Origin: Chrysomallon squamiferum
Taxonomy: Eukaryota; Animalia; Mollusca
NCBI GenBank assembly: GCA_012295275.1
Contig: CM022669.1
Coordinates: 496,001-560,000, forward strand
Direction: 5' to 3'
DNA: 64,000 bases
Part shown: piece after piece, positions 14,501 through 29,291 of the stretch
Layout of the letters: the number at the start of each line of letters is the position of its first letter
Position numbering within the stretch: position 1 is the first letter of the stretch
Notes under the pieces: model-generated
Told to the model about the DNA's origin: nothing
The model's input: only the letters and a program-made list of their open reading frames with translations
Database searches by the model: none
Position numbers and translations under genes: made by a program

Positions 14501-15897
14501 AAGCTGCAGGCAATAAACTATTTATGACAGGCAGGCTAAGATAAATCAGATAATATATTAACACTGATAAATGACTGTGTAATCAGGTTCTCACTTCATA
14601 TCGCTCTGTCACACACAAGTATGCAGTTTTACCTTCTGCTGATAACTTAGCTGTGGTGCTCGTTTCACCAGTTATTTCGCTGTTTCCACAAGAAAACACA
14701 ATACAGCAATCAGAACTGACATTTTCTGTGAAGTACACAAGGGACAGAATGAACCCGCACACAAATAAAACGTATATAAAGTTCATATTTACATTATCAG
14801 CTCACGTACTTTGAAAATTATTAGCAAACTTGATAATGAATGTGCGTATATATATATATGTGTGTACATGCTGCACGCCCGTACGTGTTTGTGTGTGTTT
14901 GTTTGTGCGCGTATGGTACGTGTTATGTGACTGACTATTAGGTCTATACAAACTGTATTTTACAATTTCCACAGCTTGTTTCCTCTCGTTGTTAATTTTA
15001 TTACACCGAGGTTTGTTCAGCTGTGTACGTTGTAATGCACATATTTGTCTTCTCTAAAGCTTACTGAAATTTTCTTCCACACGACAAGAAAACTGTCTCC
15101 TAACGAGAAGAGTTCAAACTGCTGGAACAGTCACGTGACTATAATAATAATAGAATTTCACAAATACGCTTGTGTCGTTTATTGATTCAGGGAATCAAAA
15201 GGCGGCTAATTAATTAAATTACTGATTATTAACTTCCGTTTCTCGTTTTTATCATAACATTTTTGTTGTTGTTCACTGTAAGGTCGAACCGAGGCACGCG
15301 GATGAAGGTCAACGCACCGGACGTGACAGATAATCACGTTAAATATTGTGTAGTTTTAAAAACATAATCAAGTCATTACTTCATTACATAATGAAGAAAT
15401 AGAAATATGTATTTATTTATTTATTTATTTGATAATGTTGATAGACCTTGATAAATAATAATAAATGAAACTAAATGAATGGGAAAAGGTTCAGAAAAAA
15501 AAAAAATAATAATAAAGTAATAATAATAAGAAGAAATAAGAAAAATATAACGATAAGAAATAAGTTAATTAAAAAAAGAAATGTTGGTTGTTTGTATAAG
15601 ATAATTTCAACATTTTCAAGCAAGACGTCATGTTGTTTGTAATGTATTCTGTTTGTTTCGTATCAATATCGATTTTCTGAACGGAGCTGAATCTTAAAAT
15701 AAAGAAATAATGAATAAATGTTTCTGCATCAGTTCTGCACTGTGGCAGTAAATATTATTTGTAAAAACATGTAACAGCTGTAACTGAACACTTATCAATG
15801 GTTGAAGAAATTCTCTGATTTTCACCTTTGAAAAAAAAAAAATAGAATAATGAAAGGAATGTTTTTTTTTTTTTTTCCCCTGTGAATTGTAACTTGC

Positions 15898-15950
<53 letters not shown>

Positions 15951-16224
15951 ACACATTTATACACAAATACACATTCATACACATACACACACACATATAT
16001 AAACATTTAAATATATATATCTACATGCAGGCGCGTGTGCGCTTACATCCTCGCTACCAATGGGTATTGTAACGTGCACAGATAAAGCTGATGTCCCAGG
16101 ACAAGTCAGTTTTTCTGTCTGTATGTAATTACACGTCTTTACAACATGGCCATGTTACCAACACAAAAACTATCCGAGTCTCGGGTAACTTTTAATTTTG
16201 TTACTGATGAGTTATTAAGATCAA

Positions 16225-16290
<66 letters not shown>

Positions 16291-16474
16291 AATAATAATA
16301 AATAAATAAATAAATAAATAAATAGATAAATAAATAAATAAATAAATAAATAGATAAATAAAAATAAATAAATAAATAAATAAGTAATAAATAAGTAATA
16401 AATAAATAAAATTAAAAATATATTTAAAAAAATAAAATAAATATTGTTTTAGGGGATAGGTATAATTTTTAAAT

Positions 16475-16517
<43 letters not shown>

Positions 16518-16600
16518 AAAACAAAAAAAACCTTATATTATTTACTTGTTACAGAATAATGTTACAGAATAATATATTTTATGAATTAAAAGAATCCTAC

Positions 16601-16652
<52 letters not shown>

Positions 16653-17240
16653 GTGATAATCATGATGATGGTTATAATAAGGATAATACTAATTTGGTTA
16701 GAAACATTTCCGGTAATCCACACCAAGCAATTCACATAACTGTTTTTATTAGAAATGAGTGAGTGGAAAAGAAAGTTAATCATTCATTAATCATTTCACT
16801 TGTACAGGAATAAAATCTACAACAATGAAATATTTACTTGTCTCAGCTGTTAACTTTCTCCCCACTCATTTCAACCACTTCTTTATTTTTATTTAACTTT
16901 ATTTTTTTACTACAAGCAGCTTTCGAGGAAAAAAAAAAAAAAAAGAAAATGAAGATGCTACAGATTTTGTTCTTTAAAGATTTTCTTTTTCTTTTTCATA
17001 ATCATCTTTCGAGCTCAGAAAGAGAAGAAATAATAACTGGTAATAAACTTACTGATTTGTATTAAATTCATTTAGATATATTATTTTGTTATTAGCTGTT
17101 GTTTATCGTTTGTCAGTTTAAATTAACAAAATATTTTTTATTTCTTTTCGAACTCGATTTTGAACATTTTACTCAGACATTTTCTTTTCTTTTAATTCAG
17201 ACAAATGTATTTTACTCCGCAGAGTGACTGGAAACTCGGT

Positions 17241-18011
17241 CGAGATGGTGGAAATATTTTACAACATGAAACGAGATGGAGGATATATTTTACAACATGA
17301 AACGAGATGGAGGATATATTTTACAACATGAAACGAGATGGAGGATATATTTTACAACATGAAACGAGATGGTGGATATATTTTACAACATGAAACGAGA
17401 TGGTGGATATATTTTACAACATGAAACGAGATGGAGGATATATTTTACTAAATGAAACAAGATTAGGATATATTTTAGAAAATGAAACAAGATGGAGGAT
17501 ATATTTTAGAAAATGAAACAAGATGGAGGATATATTTTAGAAAATGAAACGAGATTAGGATATATTTTACAACATGAAAGAGATGGAGGATATATTTTAC
17601 AAAATGAAACGAGATGGAGGATATATTTTACAAAATGAAACGAGATGGAGGATATATTTTACAAAATGAAACGAGATGGTGGATATATTTTACAAAATGA
17701 AACGAGATGGAGGATATATTTTACAAAATGAAACGAGATGGAGGATATATTTTACAACATGAAAGGAGATGGAGGATATATTTTACAAAATGAAACAAGA
17801 TTAGGATATATTTTACTAAATGAAACAAGATTAAGATATATTTTACAACATGAAACGAGATGGTGGATATATTTTACAAAATGAAACAAGATGGAGGATA
17901 TATTTTAGAAAATGAAACGAGATGGAGGATATATTTTACAAAATGAAACAAGATGGAGGATATATTTTACAAAATGAAACGAGATGGAGGATATATTTTA
18001 CAAAATGAAAC
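17241..18011. repeat. 31 bp minisatellite, about 25 copies
   Basis: Unit GAGATGGAGGATATATTTTACAAAATGAAAC. Confidence 0.95.
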
Positions 18012-18212
18012 TGATGTTTTTACCGTCTTCTTTGGGTCTAGTTGTGTGTAATTCTTGATAAAATGAAGATACATAATCTTCCTAGATACATTATTTATTT
18101 ATTTAGTTTTAATGTGTCATTTGTAGAAATTACTGACAGATTTTTACATGACATTTTTCGCTTCGATTTTAGTGTCATTTCTTCAGAAAAAACGAAGAAA
18201 AAAAAACATATA

Positions 18213-18262
<50 letters not shown>

Positions 18263-18705
18263 TCACTACTATTATTTTATAAATTTTTATTGTCATTTTT
18301 GGTTCGTTTAATTTTATACTCTTTTTTCTATCTTACTTTCTCTCTCTTTTTTTCTTTTCATTTCACGATGATGTTTAGATCAAAACCTGTTTTCAGAAAA
18401 CAAATGTTTTTAAGGGTGATGAATGAGAGAATAGCGACAAATCGTTTTAGTTAAGAATGTTGACAGTTTTTCACTTGTGATGTGAGATGTCACTATAGAC
18501 AGCTATAGAACAGAATCAGCTACCTACTAAAAACCAGCAGAACTAATTTTATTGGAATTAAATCAATTCAGTACCAGCTAGAACACGATAGTCTACAGCG
18601 TGCAGTATAATCAGAAAATAATTAAATAAATGAGAAATTTAATCTCTGACTTTACAAATAGAAGTAGTCACGAGGTGTATTTGTTATAAACAGTCAAACC
18701 AGCCG

Positions 18706-19018
<313 letters not shown>

Positions 19019-20900
19019 TATGTCTATGCCAGTTTCTTTCTTTCTTTATTTAGTAATAACAAACTAGATGAAACTGTGACGACATAACTTGTCACACCCA
19101 ACCACCATCCCCAGTGTCTTCCAGCAGAGATGTTCAACTGTTACATGCAATTAGAGAAACTTATTGAAATACAAACACAAAATACGTGCTTCAGTTAATT
19201 AGCATCACAATTAAATAGCTGATGGCGAACAAAATACAAATTATCTGTTAATGGTTGTTATTCTTTAGTTCTTACCAGGGTCACGTGAACGTGCGGGTTT
19301 GTTTATTAACAATAACACTGCTGCTACCACCAGTATACATGCAGCTGTTACTACTACTAACGTCACCACCACCGCTACTAATACTATTACAGCTACTACT
19401 GCTGCCATTGATATTACTTCTGCTACCATTACTACCAACAGTACTGTCATTCCACTAATATTACTACCACTATTACTATCAACAACATCAACAACAAACA
19501 ACAACAACACAAGTATTGACACTACTAATGTTATTATCAAAATGTCAATCATGAAAACAGTCTTCACGATCAGAAAGAAAGAAGTGAAAAGTGAAGTTTT
19601 AGTTTCGCTTACGATGTTCGTTGAGGAGAAAGTGTGAGGTGAGACCACGGCCAGCTGTCTGTTTTCTGATCGTAACTGTATCACCCTCTTTAATAAATTT
19701 CTCTCGCACGCGTCTAATTATCCTCCACAATGGTAACAAGAATAATTTCTTATCAGATGTTGTAATCTAGCGCTTCGTAATTCTCACAAAGTGGTCGACC
19801 CCGTATCAAAGATTTTTAGTTCTTTTAAAAAAAAAAAAAAATTTCATTACGGTCTCTCCAGACATTTGTACTTTACAAGACCAGACTCTGTGTATCATAT
19901 TGCATGTAAAATAAATAAAGAAGGCTACTTTTTATTTATTACAATATCAACGTTTTTCATATAAAAAACAACACACACAAAAAAACCCCCCACCAAAAAT
20001 TTAAATAATAATAATGAAGATGATAATAAATATATTTTTATTAATTCTTATAGGCCTACTCTATTTCAAAATCATATAAGACAATTTGCTTATTCTTTTA
20101 TTTCTTTTCCTCCTTCTTCTTTCTTATTTTTTAGAAGTTTTTAGGGAGTTGAGCGGAGGACGTGATAAGGGTTTAGCTGGGTTACACGTAAAAGCGACAG
20201 ATGGTTTTTTTCTTCAATATGAAAATCTGCAGCAACGACTGCGTGGTTACAGCGGCGTTTTCGTGAAATCAGCCAATTCTAAATACATCTGTTAGTCACC
20301 CAGCTTATTGATGTTGTGTTTTCTACACACTGGCTGAATTTTATTAACGTTTTTAACTACGTGAAGAAATCGTGTGGAATGAGGTTTTGATTGTGCTAGT
20401 TTCACGTCACAAGTAGTTGCTGAGCAAGTTTTGCGCTGGTTTTACACACGCAAGATGCAGGATGATGAACTCATTAGAAATCATCTGATTTGTAACAATG
20501 CCATGAGTTTAAAGACAACAAGTATTAAATTTACCCATGGTACAGTATATAAGTACGTAAGGAATTATGTAAATAAATAAATACATTAAAATAAATAAAT
20601 AAGTAATAAATAAGTAAGTAAATAAATAAATAAATAAATAAGTAAGTAAATAAAATTTAAAATTAATAAAACTAAGAAAGGAACAGAAACAGTTATGTTA
20701 ATTTCTTGTTCCTTTATTTCATTCCATTTTCTCTTTTTCTTCTTCTTCTTCTTCATCTTTTCTTCATAATATTTTTCTGCAGACATTTTTTCCTCTTTAA
20801 CTTCTTTCATTCATGAAATATTTGAACTTTGTCGAACAGTTTCCTTTTCAAACACATAAACAACCCGCATCACTTACCGACGTCAGTTTTGGAGAAATTA

Positions 20901-20914
20901 GTAACCATGGCAAC
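20901..20914. promoter_or_regulatory. RFX X-box motif in PDE8 intron 1
   Basis: GTAACCATGGCAAC matches the X-box consensus GTNRCC-N0-3-RGYAAC. Motif match only. Confidence 0.45.
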
Positions 20915-22156
20915 CCAACTATTAATGAAGTATATAATGAAGCAAAAGTGTATCTGTATTAAACTGCCTTCTTTGTTGTTGTGGCTATCGGTTTCTAAAT
21001 TTAATCCCAGTTCATTAAGGACATAACGAGATCTCTAATTCCCATGGTCCTATTTTAGTCTTGGAGATACAAAGAGTTTAACAGTTAATTACAAGCGTGG
21101 TTTCGGGGTATAACCGAACACGGTATTTGATCTGCTTGTTCACAACGCGACAAATTTTAATCGAATTCTTCGCCGTAACTGCCGTCTTTAACCATCATTA
21201 ACATCCACTGTGTCCGCCACTGCACTGAAATGAGCAAGATGGCGCGGCATTGACGTCACACGTTCCGTCAACATGTCACTGCCACAACTACTACTTTAAC
21301 ACCATCTTCACTGACCATCTACTCACCCATCCATCAAAGCTGTTTCTTGCAAATAATTATCATTCTCACTGATGGGAATAAACTGACTGAGGTGCAGTTC
21401 TGAAATAAAAGTTGGGTGAACTCTTTGCTTGCTAGATCACTTACACCGAGAACAAGGAGTAAACCCAGAACATGAAAAATCTCTCGTTACTGTAGATGTT
21501 GTTGATGAGAGAAGTGAAAGTGGTCGTCGTTGTGGGAGTGAACTAGTACGATCGCGTGAAATAAAAAAGAAAACTGCCGAGGAAACTGAAGACTGGAGCT
21601 CGATACAAACGTTAATTTATTTAACAGAAGATTCGTTAATAACAGAAACACTAACTACAAACAGTGCGAGAAACAAACAGTTTTAGGTTAAAATTGCAAA
21701 GTATATAAATTAATAATCTCTGTAGTCTTTTCTAAAATGTTTTAAAATCGTTATTGTTCATGTTGCTGTTGCTTCTATTGTTGTTATTTCACATGACAGA
21801 TTACACTTCAGCAGCTCAAAAAAAAAAATTAAAATAATAAAAAAAATTTTTAAATTTAAAAAATAAAATAAAATAAAAAAAGTAAAACGAGGAAGCCTAT
21901 GGGGTGGTCTACGCTCGTATTCTTGATGTCTCGGAAGATACACGAAATTACAGCGACAAGAAACTCCTGTTAACATTCCACGGAATTCGTCTACTTCAGA
22001 TAAATTTTTAATAACTTGTCTGACTTTTTTCTGTTTGTTTTTCTTTTACATGTAAAAAAGGTTAATTTAATAAACTCGCTGCTATCTGGAACATCACAGA
22101 CCAAGTTGTCAGCTGTTAGCCCCCACAAGTAACATTTTTACATCTTAGTAATTTGA

Positions 22157-22237
<81 letters not shown>

Positions 22238-23472
22238 AATAAGTAAATAATATACTGTATAATATATACTATTTTGTCTTTTTACGTAGCCGTTTCATTT
22301 CATTTAAAACATAAATAATGATAATAATAATAATAATAATAATAAAACAACGACAACAGTAACACTACATCAAATCACACTTTGTCTTAATGTTTAGTTA
22401 GGTTTTATTACGTTTTTTTGTTTTTTTTAAACAATAACGAAGGATATCAACGAAATAGTAGTTTAAAAATATATCAATTTTCCTAATCTTGAAATAGTAG
22501 TTTAAAAATATACCAGTATATCCTTATTATAGTATTGGCCAGAACAAATAAATAAATAATTTTTTTTTTTTTTAAATTACAAAAAGCTACCAGTATATCG
22601 TATACACATATGACGTCACGACTCCATTGTAAAAAGGTAAAATGGAGGAGTGTAATCTTTTTTAACCGCATTATTTTATTATTATACTTGTTATTAATGA
22701 TTAGATATAGCGTAAACCACATCAAATAACAACTTATAAGTATAAAGATATGCTGATACTTAAACTATGTAAAGACAAATGCGAATAGGAGGAAAAGTGA
22801 GTAACAAAGAAGAAAGTGAAAAGGAAAACCCCGCACTGAAATGTTTGGTCTCAGATAAATGAAAATATTAAACTTAATTTGTTACTGAGGAAGAAAATAA
22901 CATTTTCTTTCCATCAGCGTTATCTTATTTTCAAGGCTACAGAGAGGAATTAAACTGACCATTAAGAACTATCACTACATCGCCAGCGAGGTATGGAATT
23001 TTCATTAAAACCCAAATAAGACTAATCAAGGGGTTTTCAACGGTATTTAGCTTAATGATGAACTACAGTTATTTACGCTGGCACTGTTCCTATTACGAAC
23101 GTCAAAAACCGTAATTGTGAATGTCATCTGTCATTTTGTCTGAGCTGACGCATCATACTCGTCTCAACACCCACACAAACACCCTCTCCCATGTGTACGT
23201 ATATATATATATAACAGATTTATCATCAAAAAACATAAATATATTAAAATAATGGGGTAATACCAGAAAATGAAAACCGTTATTTTCATTGTGTTCCACA
23301 CACACACACACATACAGACACACGCACGCGTACGTATAAGCACATTACACACAAAGTAAAATATAAGCATAGTACCGATTCGCGAACTTTTGAAAATTTA
23401 ATAGAATGTTTTTCTTTAACTTTTTGAACTAATTCTGGAATAAAATTATGCAGTATAAATTTAAACATTTAT

Positions 23473-23505
<33 letters not shown>

Positions 23506-23948
23506 AATTATTTATTTCTGCTTAAAGAATGGATAAATTACTGTTAATAAAACAAAAACACAAGTAAATAAAATCAAAATAGTGTCAGTGAAATAAGTGC
23601 ACGCACACGCACACAGGTGTTTTATATGAAACTCGGGGTAACTGCCAGTAAAAAGATGTAATCCACTAAGTACGAGCTATCTGTACCCTGCTGATTTTAA
23701 TTCTCTTTACTTCCAGTTGTTTCATTTCCCAAGTCATTTAAGTTCGAATCGCAATTTAATATCTCTAAATACCCAAAACTAATAGAATATTCCGAGGTAT
23801 TAAACTGAGATTAATTTAATTTAAATTTATTATTATTATTTTTTTTTTTATTGTATAATTATATACATATATTAATATATATTAAAGTTGTAACTTTCTT
23901 TATAGAGGGATCTAAACTTCTGTTTTCATTACGGCTAAATAATAATAA

Positions 23949-23984
<36 letters not shown>

Positions 23985-24362
23985 CTATTCACAAAAGCTA
24001 TGTTTTGTATGAAGAGTGAAAGGTGAACAGGGAAGTAAAGCAGGGCGGAGAGACGTGGGTATTGTGGTTAATTGTGAACGGCATTGTGTAAACATGCTTT
24101 ACCCGTCCGCTTGATTAATTCTGTTTATCCCAGATTTCCAAACAGAAGATAAGGAACTAGTGCCCCGTGGTGCTGTACACATTTAAACACTAGATGTCGC
24201 TGCTCGGCTGCTCGCACGCGCAGTGTTTGGATTAATCTTTGGCGTGGATAATGACGGTCAAGAAAAATCTCTTTTATCACGTTGTGTTTTCTTCATTCTG
24301 TTTTCTCACGAATATTGTTAAAAATTATTATTAATTTATACTAGTCTACAGAATTACTGCTA

Positions 24363-24482
<120 letters not shown>

Positions 24483-25290
24483 ACAGTTAATTATTTGTAG
24501 CAAAAAGTGTTACAAGTTAAGACTCGAAGTAAGATTAAAATACAAATAAACACTTAAAAATATATACAACATACATATATATTATTTCATTTATTTTTCA
24601 ATAAACGTTCAAAGTTTAAACCACACAATGAACTAAGTAATGTTTAATTCAGATTAAATAATTAACTGGTATATTCACCTATTTAAATTAAAAACTGTTC
24701 CCTGCTAAAACACCACCACCACCACCACCACAACCAACACACAACAATAACATCAACAACAACAACAACAACAACAATATATCCACCAATATAAACCCAA
24801 AGTGTATTACGTCATCACAGCATGAAATAAAGAGCAAACCTAAGAAAATATTTAATATTTCTCTTCTGTGACTAATTTAATCTTAATTATTACGTTTCTG
24901 TATTAATACTTTGTATTTAAATGATTTATAAATAATTAAACGAATGGGATGCTTGCCTTATATAATTATTATCCAAATAGTACAAACACAAAATAAAAAG
25001 TAACACTAAAAATATTTAATATTTCTCTTCTGTGACTGTTTTAATCTTATTTATTACACATTTCTACACTAAACAGTTTGTTTTTATATTTATAAGTAAC
25101 TGAACGAAGGCGATTATTAAATTATTAATTAAGATTCAACCATTTCTCTTTTAAAAAAATCAGGATAAAACTGAGAGATGTGATGCATTATATAACCTGT
25201 TTAAATTAATATGTAACTACAGATCAAATTAAATATAAATAATAAAAATAATAAATAAAACAAACAAATAAATAAATAAATAAATAATAA

Positions 25291-25394
<104 letters not shown>

Positions 25395-26341
25395 ATCGCT
25401 TAAATCGTGATATATAAATTTTATTTTATAGTTGACAGTTAACATATATGGTTCATAGTGTGCTAGTTACTATTATAATTGTATTCACATATTAGAATAC
25501 AAACTATCAATATGCCATTAGATTATTAATACTCAAGTGATGTGAATGTTAGTTAATATCAGACAAACTGTGAAATTACTCATTGATTGATGTATAAATC
25601 AGATAACACCTTAGTATTAAATAAAATATGGCTTCATATGTATTAAACAATATAACTTTATTGTAAGTGCCTTGTATTAAATATTAGTCTGTTGTAAGTA
25701 CGTTAGTCGGTACGGTGTTCGCCTCACACTCGTATCAGCCAATATTTAATGAAAGACGTTGAATATTATATGAAGTACATAATCCTCAGACAAATATAAC
25801 CTTTCAATTATCACAGCGTCTGATATCAGCCAGTATTTATAATTAATACCGCAGCAGCCATACCTTTTTGAATACTTATAATAATACTGTCTTGCTACTA
25901 TTACTGTTACTGTGTTGATTATTACATACATGTTAAAGATACAAACAGTGAAGTGGGATTTGTTTCAATTACCGGTAACCTTAATCTGAAAATGTTAAGG
26001 ATTAGCTTAATAAGCTTAATCTTCTGAATTGCAGTTTCGTGATATCAAATTTAAAAAATATATAATAATATAAAAAATAATAAATTAATAATAAAAAACA
26101 AAATAATGATAAACAAAAAGTAAAAGGAAAACTACAAGAAATTTAAAGATTAAAACGAAAAATTCAAATAGGAAAATTTTGTGAAAAATAGGATTATAAT
26201 TTGACAAAATAAAGAAACGAAAGACAAATGAGAGGAAACAAAGACATTTGTAATTAGTAGTTGATATCAGCACAAAATACATACAGTCCGTCAATAATCA
26301 GGCTTTGTAATAAACAATTAAATTAAATTGTTTTTTGTTTG

Positions 26342-26377
<36 letters not shown>

Positions 26378-26903
26378 CGACCACCATGACTGCAAGAGTA
26401 ACATATCTTTTTTATTTATTAATTAATTTATTTATTTATTGTTATATGTTTTTGTTTTTTGTTTTGTTATTACTATTATTATTATTTAAAATGACGAGCA
26501 TCAGGTTAGACATTCATTTCAAGCACGTCATACAGGTTGAGAATTAAGTCTTTCTCTCATTTCTGACATTCATTACATAAAAACAGTGCTAGACACAAAC
26601 GTGAACGTCATGGCATTACGAACAAAACTCTACGATTTCTTTAGTGATTGTTTCACAACGAGAAGATGCATCTCCACACCGGGGTTTAATTATTCGAGAA
26701 CGAAACCTTTCCACACCGATCACTTGGAAATGACGACATGGAACCGCGCCTCCATGTTCTCTACACACTGCGCACTCTTTGACTAACGACAAAGTTACTG
26801 ATACTGGATTTTTCAAAGTAAGGATAACGGATGCGAGGGTGAGTGAAAGATGTTGTTGTTGACGTTCTCTGGACAACAATCGGAGAACATGTTGAAGTTC
26901 ACA

Positions 26904-26949
<46 letters not shown>

Positions 26950-27121
26950 CAAAAATGTTTGTACGTAGCATAATATTATGTAATAAATGTTTGAAATCAG
27001 GGAAAAACGTTATGATCACCCTATTTAAATATCTAAAATTTATTTAGTGTACAAGGAATACTACATATAAATGATACAACAAGTAATAATAATGATGATG
27101 ATGTTAATAATAATAATAATA

Positions 27122-27152
<31 letters not shown>

Positions 27153-27845
27153 GTAGTAGTAGTAGTAGTATGTATGTATGTAATAAATAAAATACTTTAG
27201 ATTCTGCATGCTGGGAACTTAATTCGTGATATGAAATAAAAATGGTGGGCAGGTTTTTGTTTATTATTGCTATCAGCAGGCAAGTAAATGAATTTTCCAT
27301 TCAGTAAATTAGAAAACAGAAAACTTGTTTTTTTCAAATTTTGCTCTCCGTTTTTTCTTTAATTTATATTTATTTAATCGTTTATTTATTCATTTTATTT
27401 ATTTTCTTTCTTTATTTCTTTCTTTCTTTCTTTTTCTTTCTTTCTTTCTTTATTTATTTGTATCATTTCCTTCTTTTTGTTTCTTAATTTATTACTGTTA
27501 ATTTTGAAAAATAATTTTAAAACAACCCGGCCTGTACAAAACAATACACCATACCTAATTTATCGCATTATATAGATATATAATAAGTTTTAATAATTTC
27601 TGTATTGAATATCAGATATCTATCATAATATAGTTAAAATTTATATAATAGACAGACGTAGAGACAGACATACAGATAGACAGACAAAGAGATAGATATA
27701 TAGGGGGTATCATTCTAAACAATGATAAATTTGATTAATCAAGATTTGTGTCTTTTATAAACGCCATAAGTAGACGTACGAATTGTCAGAATCAATTTAG
27801 CACAATCAAATAAATAAGATCGCAAACAGTGTATATAGAAGAGTG

Positions 27846-27988
27846 AATGGATGGATGGATGGATGGATGGATGGATGGATGGATGGATGGATGGATGGAT
27901 GGATGGATGGATGGATGGATGGATGAATGGATGGATGGATGGATGGATGGATGGATGGATGGATGGATGAATGGATGGATGGATGGAT
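27846..27988. repeat. (GGAT)n microsatellite just inside PDE8 intron 1
   Basis: Produces the false PSIH-repeat extension of ORF 27792..28250. Confidence 0.95.
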
Positions 27989-28031
27989 AGAGGGACAGAT
28001 GTATGTATATACAAAAAGTAAACGAACTTAC

Positions 28032-28250
28032 CTTCATGTTGACTCGGCTGGTTTGGGTTTCAGTAGTGCGGCTGTCTGATTTGCCTTTCCCTCCCCCTGA
28101 GGGGCAGGCGGCTGCTAGGTCGGTGCGGATGATCTGCGCAGTGTGGTAGGTGGTGGTGCTGTAGGAGGGGCGAGGAGAGTTCGAGTCTTCCGACTCGCGA
28201 CAGTAGACAACGCCTGTTTGGTTTACATGAATACTCGGCGTGCACCCCAT
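28032..28250 (-). CDS. PDE8: PDE8 coding exon 1 (N-terminus)
   Basis: ATG at 28250, 73 codons [27 protein letters not shown]...[11 protein letters not shown], donor AAG|gtaagt at 28031. Matches the PDE8B-type N-terminus [23 protein letters not shown]; Gly2/Cys3 acylation signature. Confidence 0.93.
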
Positions 28251-28268
28251 GCCTCACACATCAACACG

Positions 28269-28276
28269 TGACGTCA
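28269..28276. promoter_or_regulatory. Full CRE palindrome overlapping an E-box, just 5' of the PDE8 start codon
   Basis: CACGTGACGTCA contains E-box CACGTG and TGACGTCA, 19 nt upstream of the ATG. Motif match only. Confidence 0.4.
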
Positions 28277-29221
28277 TCATACACTGCAGAGTGTATTCCG
28301 AGTACATCCCTACGCCAAGGAATTGTCCAACTTCTGTCACGTCGGTATACTGCCCATGTCGCTCACGCATCACGTTGGCGTGATTTTAAAACAAGTTGTA
28401 AGCATATGTTTCAAGTAAACCCCATAACGTCCAGAAATACAGTATCTTATTCTGTTCAAACACAACTCAGTTTCTCATAGCGTCATTACAATAATAGTAT
28501 TATTAATGTTATTATTGTTACTGTCCAGTTTACAAATACAGTATATGAAATATTCTCTAACACAATCGTTGAAAATGTTACATTTTCCACAGCCCTTCAA
28601 ACTACAGCAAGCTTGACTCAGACCTTCAAACTGTAGTATTTCTCTTCTTTGTCAGTCCTGAAATTAGAACACACATTTTACATTCCTGTAGATGAAATAA
28701 TAAACAATACGAAAACAGTTTCTCATTTCTATCTGTTGTGTGTGTGCCGCTTCACGTTTTGAGACACATTTCAAGAGAAAAAGAAACAGAAATCAATGAT
28801 GTTTTCGTCACCGTTCGTTTTCACAACAAGGATTCTTCCAAAGCGCGATATCGGCTATCTTTGTCTCTTCTTTAAAACGAAGTGAGAATTTGCAACAACA
28901 ACACTGTGACCACAATAAAACAGCAATATCGCTTTGACAAGACGCTAGCTTTAGTAATTATCCTCTCTGCCAAGGCGTGTTCGCACAGTGTCATGCAGTC
29001 GACTGAAAGGAAGAGAGAAAACACGCGGGAGGTACAAGCAGAGTCTTCCACTATTATATTGATCCTTGCTTGGCTGGACTACAAGCAAATCTCTTTGGCC
29101 GCGTAGGTATAGTTTATTATTATTTAGCCAACCCGGATTCTTTGTCACAAGCTTACGCTTATTAATTTATTATACTGGAATGCACAACACTGGAAGAAAG
29201 AAAGAAAGAAAAAGAGAAATG

Positions 29222-29291
<70 letters not shown>

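Noticed and set aside
17241-18011. CRISPR-like regular arrays (also 34082-34518 and 59900-60650)
   Set aside because: Head-to-tail repeats without unique spacers, no cas genes, eukaryotic context.
19265-19684. Mucin-like or hydrophobic ORFs on both strands (also 13782, 42473, 53940)
   Set aside because: Derived from degenerate (ACT/TAG)n trinucleotide tracts.
27792-28031. PSIH-repeat tail on the PDE8 exon 1 ORF
   Set aside because: Read-through past the donor into a (GGAT)n microsatellite; the echo of the PSIH motif in exon 1 is coincidental.
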